64,000 bases of DNA from a virus. Position numbers and translations under genes: made by a program. Position 1 is the stretch's first letter, and the number at the start of each line of letters is the position of its first letter. Where the stretch lies: the IMG/VR virus record IMGVR_UViG_3300045988_101878, positions 1 through 64,000 of that record; one strand, given 5' to 3'. Below, one piece after another: positions 59,199 through 64,000 of this stretch. Below the pieces are notes generated by a model, which was given only the letters and a program-made list of their open reading frames with translations, did no database searches and was not told where the DNA came from.

Positions 59199-59338
59199 GC
59201 GAATGATACGGTTTATGAGGTTTACGGGTACAAAAATACGCAAACTTGTGCGAATAAACAAGTTTGCGTACAAGGAATTAATAATAATTTAGCTATCTTT
59301 TCTTTTTTTATTGTATCGCCTTCATAATACCATTATTA

Positions 59339-59548
59339 TCAATGGTGCCTATAGCAAATGTGACATGGGGTTTTGTGCATACTTTTTGCTTGTTCGAGAC
59401 TGACTTTTTTTATTTCACGACTACAGTTGCGCAAGCCTTTGCATGATGCGGATTTATGATAGCGTCGGGATTGTGGACCCGTACAAATGTAGACTCCATC
59501 GCTTGTAGTGCAAGCGAGGAACATTAAGGAAAGAAGAATTGCTTTCAT
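59339..59548 (-). CDS. small Cys-rich lipoprotein (69 aa)
   Basis: Signal plus lipobox MKAILLSLMFLAC. Mature part has C..G....YH....C.GL..C and PCHIC. Confidence 0.55.
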   Translation of the reverse strand: MKAILLSLMFLACTTSDGVYICTGPQSRRYHKSASCKGLRNCSREIKKVSLEQAKSMHKTPCHICYRHH

Positions 59549-59635
59549 CTTTATTGTAATTAGTTATTAATGCGCGTGCAAAATTACTAAATATCTGTAA
59601 AACAGCCAAAATATATCATAAAAACGTAAACCAGT

Positions 59636-60025
59636 TTATAAATAATAACGAGCTATAGGATAAGAAGCTTGGGCGAGAGAGCCAATGAGATAGCATGGTG
59701 TTTCTGTGCCAAGTGGAATGTTGTAGTAATTGGATATGTGGGTGGTGGCGTGAAGAAGCTCGTGGGTGAGGGTGTTGAGGAACTGAGAGGGAGACGACGA
59801 TGGACAGAGAACGATGAGGGTGCGGTGAAGTGAAATGTTGGTATAGGTGAAAGCGGTGTCGGGGGTTGATTGAGAGACAAGAAGGCAGGCATCTTCAAGA
59901 GGACGCGAGTGACAGGCGAGAGCTTGAAGATGTCTGCGGATGGTATCGACCCTTGAAGGAGGGACATTGTAGAATATCTGCACCGTCCAGTCGTAGGAAT
60001 GGAGGTGGATTTGTTGTGAGCGCAT
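59636..60025 (-). CDS. small HExxH-motif protein (129 aa), possible minimal metallopeptidase
   Basis: LTHELLHATTHI. Confidence 0.4.
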   Translation of the reverse strand: MRSQQIHLHSYDWTVQIFYNVPPSRVDTIRRHLQALACHSRPLEDACLLVSQSTPDTAFTYTNISLHRTLIVLCPSSSPSQFLNTLTHELLHATTHISNYYNIPLGTETPCYLIGSLAQASYPIARYYL

Positions 60026-60028
60026 AGG

Positions 60029-60445
60029 CTATGAGGGGTCTAATATGTCTTCCCATGGGATTGGAGTGCCGGAAAGGGCGCAATCGGCATAGAAACGATT
60101 GAAGATAAAACCGTCGGGCTGGTCTTCATCATCGACATAATCCTTGACAAAGAGAGCAAGAGCACGCTCGTCGGTGATGGAAGAGCCGTAGAAATCGGCA
60201 AGAGCCATGTTGAGAACATAAACATGGTCGTAGGCAATGGCGTTGTCGAGAGTTATGCCGTACTTGTGGATAACCTGCTCAACCTTCTCCTTGGTCCAAG
60301 GAGTGATAGGCTTGTTGTCGCGACGCATACGAGAGACAGCGAAGTCGTGCATACGGCGTGAGAAATGATAGCCGTAGTGACGGAGATAGGCAAGCATTTC
60401 GGGAGGGCGGTAGTCGTATTGTGACAGAGATTGACGAGATTTCAT
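60029..60445 (-). CDS. hypothetical protein (138 aa)
   Basis: ORF 3 nt upstream of the next gene. Globular-looking. Confidence 0.55.
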   Translation of the reverse strand: MKSRQSLSQYDYRPPEMLAYLRHYGYHFSRRMHDFAVSRMRRDNKPITPWTKEKVEQVIHKYGITLDNAIAYDHVYVLNMALADFYGSSITDERALALFVKDYVDDEDQPDGFIFNRFYADCALSGTPIPWEDILDPS

Positions 60446-60561
60446 GTGGTGAAATATTTTTTGAGGAGAGTAGTAGGTCTATAAATACGAGTAGTTCTAT
60501 GTTTTTGTGTACATATATTATTACTGTACTCCATATTGCTATACTCTCCTCGGGTTATACA

Positions 60562-60831
60562 TTAGTAATCGTTGTCGTAGTCGCGACGGTCATGTTGGCG
60601 GCGGTTGTCGGCGAAGTCCTCACGTTCGCGATAATCGGGACGGGGGTGATATTGGTCGCGGTTACGATAGTCGGAGCTGCGATAGTCGGGCATAGGACTG
60701 CGCTCATTGAACCGCTCACGCTTGATAGAGTCGAGACAGGACATGACCTTGCCTCCATAGCGAAGCATCTTCTCGGCGTTCTCTGTGAGTTCGGAGAACT
60801 TATCATCGGTGATTTCAACAATATAATTCAT
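60562..60831 (-). CDS. small protein with an Arg/Asp/Tyr-rich low-complexity tail (89 aa)
   Basis: C-terminus PDYRSSDYRNRDQYHPRPDYREREDFADNRRQHDRRDYDNDY. Confidence 0.5.
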   Translation of the reverse strand: MNYIVEITDDKFSELTENAEKMLRYGGKVMSCLDSIKRERFNERSPMPDYRSSDYRNRDQYHPRPDYREREDFADNRRQHDRRDYDNDY

Positions 60832-60868
60832 AGTCGTAATGTTTTAAGTTTCTAAGAGAAAGAATTTC

Positions 60869-61378
60869 TTATGCTTTGGGTTTGAGAGCCTGGGCAAGCA
60901 TACCCTGGATATTGGAGAGAGTGCCTTCAATACCAGACATCTTGGTCTCGAGTTGGGTGATTTTCTGCTCCTGCGCCTTCTCCTTGGCAATCTGAGGATT
61001 GAGTTGGGAAAGCATGGTCTCGCATGAGGTGACGACAGAACGATGATAATCAACACTGTCAAGAATCTGACGAGACTGACGAAGCATAGCCTCAACCTCG
61101 GCAGACATGGCCTCGCGTGACTCAGAGACAACAAGCGAGCCAGAGTTGGCTATCTGACCGTTGGAAGGCAGCTGTTTGAAATCCATTTCACCATCGGGAA
61201 GTTTCACACGCACATCAACAACAGACTCCATAGGTTGAGGAGAGAACTGTCCGGGCTGATAAGTGGGAAACTTAGGCTGAGGATTGGAAACAGAGACAAC
61301 CTGCCCTATCTGCAAAGTAGGCTCGTTGCTCTTGTCAAGCACATAAAAAATACTATTGGTACGCAAACCGCTGAACAT
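60869..61378 (-). CDS. hypothetical protein (169 aa), third gene of a three-gene module
   Basis: N-terminal beta-like half and C-terminal coiled coil. Confidence 0.55.
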   Translation of the reverse strand: MFSGLRTNSIFYVLDKSNEPTLQIGQVVSVSNPQPKFPTYQPGQFSPQPMESVVDVRVKLPDGEMDFKQLPSNGQIANSGSLVVSESREAMSAEVEAMLRQSRQILDSVDYHRSVVTSCETMLSQLNPQIAKEKAQEQKITQLETKMSGIEGTLSNIQGMLAQALKPKA

Positions 61379-61403
61379 AAGAAATCCTTTCTTTTAGAAT
61401 AGG

Positions 61404-61754
61404 TTAGACAATACCCGTCATGAGCTGAAGGGTGTTAGTGTCGCGCTCGAACCAGAACTGGTAGACGCCAGTACCGGGAAGGTCGGCGACGGTAAGAGGA
61501 GCACCGTTGTACTTAGTGACGGCTTGGGTGGCTCCATTAGTCTCGAAGAGAATAGGGAGCGTGCCGGTGGTTGCTGCAGGGATAGCCTGAGCCAGCTTAA
61601 CAAAGACCGTTCCGCGATAGTTGGCCGATGCAAAAGCATGGTTGCGGAAGGAGAACGTGACAGCTGTAGCAGAGACCGCTACGGCAGTGGAAGCTACGGC
61701 AGCGGAACCACGACGGTTGACCCATGAGAAGGGATAATTCCAAATAGTTGTCAT
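61404..61754 (-). CDS. small beta-rich protein (116 aa)
   Basis: Start set at ATG 61754 (MTTIWNYPFSW...). The pattern ...GTGVYQFWFERD... is reminiscent of jelly-roll/C1q-like folds. Weak call. Confidence 0.5.
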   Translation of the reverse strand: MTTIWNYPFSWVNRRGSAAVASTAVAVSATAVTFSFRNHAFASANYRGTVFVKLAQAIPAATTGTLPILFETNGATQAVTKYNGAPLTVADLPGTGVYQFWFERDTNTLQLMTGIV

Positions 61755-61773
61755 ATAGAACCCTCCTTTCTCA

Positions 61774-62718
61774 TTAACCCCAAAAGCCGTTGGCATTGGC
61801 GTTGGCGTAAAGACCGTACTGAGCGGCAACACAGTTAGGAACAGTAACAAACGGCTGATAAGGGACTGTCACGGTGTTAGGCTGAGCACACTTGATTGCA
61901 CTGACCTCCTTCTGCAAGCCTGCAAGAACAGCGTTGACGGGAGCAAGAGCCTGACCGACAATCTGTGATGTCATTGCAGACGACTTGTAGGTAGAGTTCT
62001 CTTCGCGGAGAGAATCAATCTTGTTCTGCATTTCGCGCATGACGGCCTGCTGCTGACCATTGACGATGGTCTGCGTGCTGTCCTTGATGGCGTTGTGCAA
62101 GTCGCAAGTCTGACGTTGGGTCTCGTAAGCCACGTTAGCGAAGCCACGCTCCTGTCCGGTTGCCACGTTGTTGATGGCAGACTGAAGAGTGTTGGTCTGC
62201 TGGCAGGTAGCAAGACGATTCTCGCAGCAACAGTTAGCAAGCTGCTGAGCAATCTGCATATTGCCCTGCTGTAGAGCGTTGATAGTCTGCATACCCGACA
62301 TACCCACCTGGTTGCCTACAGACTGGACCTGTGAGGTGAGAGCCGAAATAGCCGACTGAATCTGTCCTTCGGTACAGTTGAGCTGAGTAGCGAGATTAGA
62401 CAGAGCGTTGCGGTTGCCACCGATAGCGTCCATGAGCAGAGAGCGTCCGTAGTCGTTGTTGATTTCGTTGGCAATGTTTCCACGACCGTTGCCTCCGAAG
62501 CCGAATCCGTTACCACCCCAGCCGCAGAAGCAGAGGATAAACAAGAGCCAAATGAACCAAGAGCCTTCGCCGTTACCGAAGCCTCCACCACGATTCATTG
62601 CCAACAGAAGGTTAGGGTCGAGACCTCGCTGTTGAAGAAGAGGAGCTAACATGCTCATCATGCTGCCACCACCACACTGTCCGTCATTGCCGAAGACGTA
62701 AGTTTTTGTTTCAGACAT
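61774..62718 (-). CDS. Gly-rich, single-TM, Gln/Asn-rich coiled-coil protein with Cys clusters (314 aa)
   Basis: Start set at ATG 62718 (MSETKTYVFG...). TM helix WFIWLLFILCFCGW is flanked by GGGFGNG and GGNGFGFGGNG. Contains NCCCENRLATC. Confidence 0.55.
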   Translation of the reverse strand: MSETKTYVFGNDGQCGGGSMMSMLAPLLQQRGLDPNLLLAMNRGGGFGNGEGSWFIWLLFILCFCGWGGNGFGFGGNGRGNIANEINNDYGRSLLMDAIGGNRNALSNLATQLNCTEGQIQSAISALTSQVQSVGNQVGMSGMQTINALQQGNMQIAQQLANCCCENRLATCQQTNTLQSAINNVATGQERGFANVAYETQRQTCDLHNAIKDSTQTIVNGQQQAVMREMQNKIDSLREENSTYKSSAMTSQIVGQALAPVNAVLAGLQKEVSAIKCAQPNTVTVPYQPFVTVPNCVAAQYGLYANANANGFWG

Positions 62719-62760
62719 AATAGTAAGATTTAAATTTCGCCCCAATGTCGGGACTTGATG

Positions 62761-62768
62761 CAAATTTA
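62761..62768 (-). promoter_or_regulatory. Bacteroidota-type -7 box candidate (TAAATTTG on the minus strand)
   Basis: Matches TAnnTTTG, 43 nt upstream of ATG 62718 and just downstream of a terminator. Confidence 0.35.
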
Positions 62769-62829
62769 CTTGTTATATAGAGAGTAGCCTAACAATGCTC
62801 AAATGAGGAAGAAGATACTCATACATACG

Positions 62830-62860
62830 AAAAACCGCCCTGTTATCACAACAGAACGGT
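62830..62860 (-). terminator. rho-independent terminator (minus strand)
   Basis: Minus strand: ACCGttCTGTT-gtgat-AACAGggCGGT, then TTTTT. The stem has a 2-nt internal mismatch. Confidence 0.5.
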
Positions 62861-62911
62861 TCTATTACAAATGAAAAACAACAAAAAAAAGACTAATCCA
62901 ACTCAAAAACA

Positions 62912-63208
62912 TTATTTAATCTTACAACCATCAAGTTCGGATAGACTCCATGAGAGTTCCTTGAATCCGGCAGTCTTACGTCCGCGCGGGATGCGTCCAT
63001 CGGCAACATAACGGTCGAACTTGGCGCGTGACATATTGAGATAACGACAAGCCTCGTATTTGGAAACACGGCGTTCCTTGTCGGCAATCATAGTGCAGAG
63101 GTCGAGAAACATGCGCTCCTGCTCGTCGGTTGTGGCACACTCGCCACTGTCAATACGGTCAACAAGCTCGACGAGAATCTTGCGGATAGACTTTAAGAGA
63201 ACTCCCAT
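62912..63208 (-). CDS. helix-turn-helix DNA-binding protein (98 aa, excisionase/MerR-like HTH)
   Basis: SKYEACRYLNMSRAKFDRYVADGRIPRGRKTAGFKELSW matches a motif common in Bacteroidales mobile elements (from memory). Confidence 0.6.
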   Translation of the reverse strand: MGVLLKSIRKILVELVDRIDSGECATTDEQERMFLDLCTMIADKERRVSKYEACRYLNMSRAKFDRYVADGRIPRGRKTAGFKELSWSLSELDGCKIK

Positions 63209-63212
63209 AGGG

Positions 63213-63659
63213 TTATATTTTACGGTGGTAAAGCCATATCATGCTTATTAGAAATATGGCAGGTAACATAACTAACAAAAGACCTACATACTTTATAATA
63301 CGACACCATAACGGAACAGTCCGCTCTTGCGGAACTGGAATATCGACGCTTTTCTCACGGACAGCATAGATAGTGTCGCGCTTGATAGAAACACGGTCGC
63401 GCCAACGGGTAATCTCTTTGGTGCGGTATACGGTATCGCCTTTGATGATGGACTCGAAGTAGATGGAATCGTGCATGTAGATGCTGTCAAGGCGAAGGTT
63501 GTTGACATGTACTGTGTCGTGAAGGGTGCGTTCGAGGACTACGGGCTTAGAGGTGGAGCAAGCGGAGCAGCACATCATTAAGCCAAGACAGATTGCAAAA
63601 ACCCAAGTCCACAAAATATTAACATTACAATCGAGTTTGTCAAGTTCTCTTAAATCCAT
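63213..63659 (-). CDS. u-spanin-like protein (148 aa): N-terminal lipoprotein-type signal plus C-terminal TM helix
   Basis: ILWTWVFAICLGLMMCCSAC-S at the N-terminus and YVGLLLVMLPAIFLISMIWLY at the C-terminus. Lies immediately downstream of the endolysin. Confidence 0.45.
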   Translation of the reverse strand: MDLRELDKLDCNVNILWTWVFAICLGLMMCCSACSTSKPVVLERTLHDTVHVNNLRLDSIYMHDSIYFESIIKGDTVYRTKEITRWRDRVSIKRDTIYAVREKSVDIPVPQERTVPLWCRIIKYVGLLLVMLPAIFLISMIWLYHRKI

Positions 63660-63663
63660 ATTG

Positions 63664-64000
63664 TTACTGTTTTAATAAAACCTTTTTTGCTCTTTCGAGA
63701 TACGCCTTGCGTTGGGCGAGACCGTTGGTGCCACCGTTGATAGTCTTGGTGATTTTCACGATGTCGTCCTTGTCGGCAAGCTTATTGAGATTGTGGGTAA
63801 GCCAAAACCACATGGAAGACTTGACTGCGCCAAGAGGTTTCTCGAGAAGTTCGGGGTTGGTCAACACATCGCCTTTGCAGTATTTGGAACTGTTGTAGGC
63901 TGAATAGTTGGCACGCCCGGTGATTTGAATAAGACCACGACCGCGATATTTATAGCCATCACCATCCTTTTGGGGGGTGTTGCCAAGGGCCTTCGCAAGC
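63664..64000 (-). CDS. GH19 (chitinase-like) endolysin; the N-terminus lies outside the window
   Basis: The frame stays open to the window end. Hand translation gives ...GDGYKYRGRGLIQITGRANYSAYN...SSMWFWLTH...ITKTINGGTNGLAQRKAYLERAKKVL, the GH19 lysozyme signature. Confidence 0.85.
   Translation of the reverse strand, partial: LAKALGNTPQKDGDGYKYRGRGLIQITGRANYSAYNSSKYCKGDVLTNPELLEKPLGAVKSSMWFWLTHNLNKLADKDDIVKITKTINGGTNGLAQRKAYLERAKKVLLKQ

Noticed and set aside
1-64000. Integrase, att sites or transposase that would mark an integrated element; also tail tube, sheath or tape-measure genes.
   Set aside because: None could be identified in any frame. The element may be lytic or podovirus-like, or these genes may lie outside the 64-kb window. 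No claim is made.

Overview
The window is most of a tailed dsDNA phage or prophage genome, about 45-48% GC by eye. Nearly all of it is coding and it falls into strand-switching modules. No rRNA, complete tRNA, CRISPR array, integrase or transposase was seen.

Host: probably Bacteroidota. This is an inference from the PcfJ/K/M-type genes, a Bacteroides-style HTH protein and three TAnnTTTG -7-like boxes.

Modules:
1. 1-7428 (+): early/replication operon of about 20 small genes. It includes a DnaC/IstB-like ATPase and a YopX-like protein, and ends at a bidirectional terminator.
2. 7481-9254 (-): three-gene insert bounded by terminators.
3. 9443-15447 (-): long leftward operon of small ORFs. It includes a Rha/KilAC antirepressor-like gene and a PcfM-PcfK-PcfJ-like cassette. 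The operon starts at a divergent control region facing an XRE-type HTH gene and a membrane-protein gene (15681-16531, +).
4. 16532-17858: ORF-free, repeat-dense 1.3-kb region.
5. 17859-37552 (+): three low-complexity proteins, then one 16.9-kb ORF of 5,645 codons. That ORF carries ParB-like, zincin (two HExxH motifs), N6-adenine methyltransferase and SNF2/strawberry-notch-like helicase signatures. This matches a 'polyvalent', DarB/DdrB-like, probably virion-packaged anti-restriction protein.
6. 37618-48785 (-): tail-fibre/tailspike genes (beta-helix, tandem Big_2), head-completion, putative capsid and scaffold genes, and a second Rha-like gene.
7. 48943-58230 (+): portal, virion proteins, small and large terminase, and an 893-aa protein.
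8. 58307-64000 (-): rhomboid protease, small accessory genes, a three-gene membrane/coiled-coil module, an HTH gene, a u-spanin-like gene and a GH19-type endolysin cut by the window edge.

Most notable observations:
- The giant fusion ORF itself.
- Two tandem paralogous ribbon-helix-helix-like ORFs lying in the +1 frame inside a low-complexity linker of that ORF.
- The repeat arrays of the non-coding region.
- A 29-nt GC-hairpin element present three times.
- A tRNA-like minihelix that exactly fills a 75-nt intergenic gap.

All domain calls rest on motifs read by eye. No database search was run.
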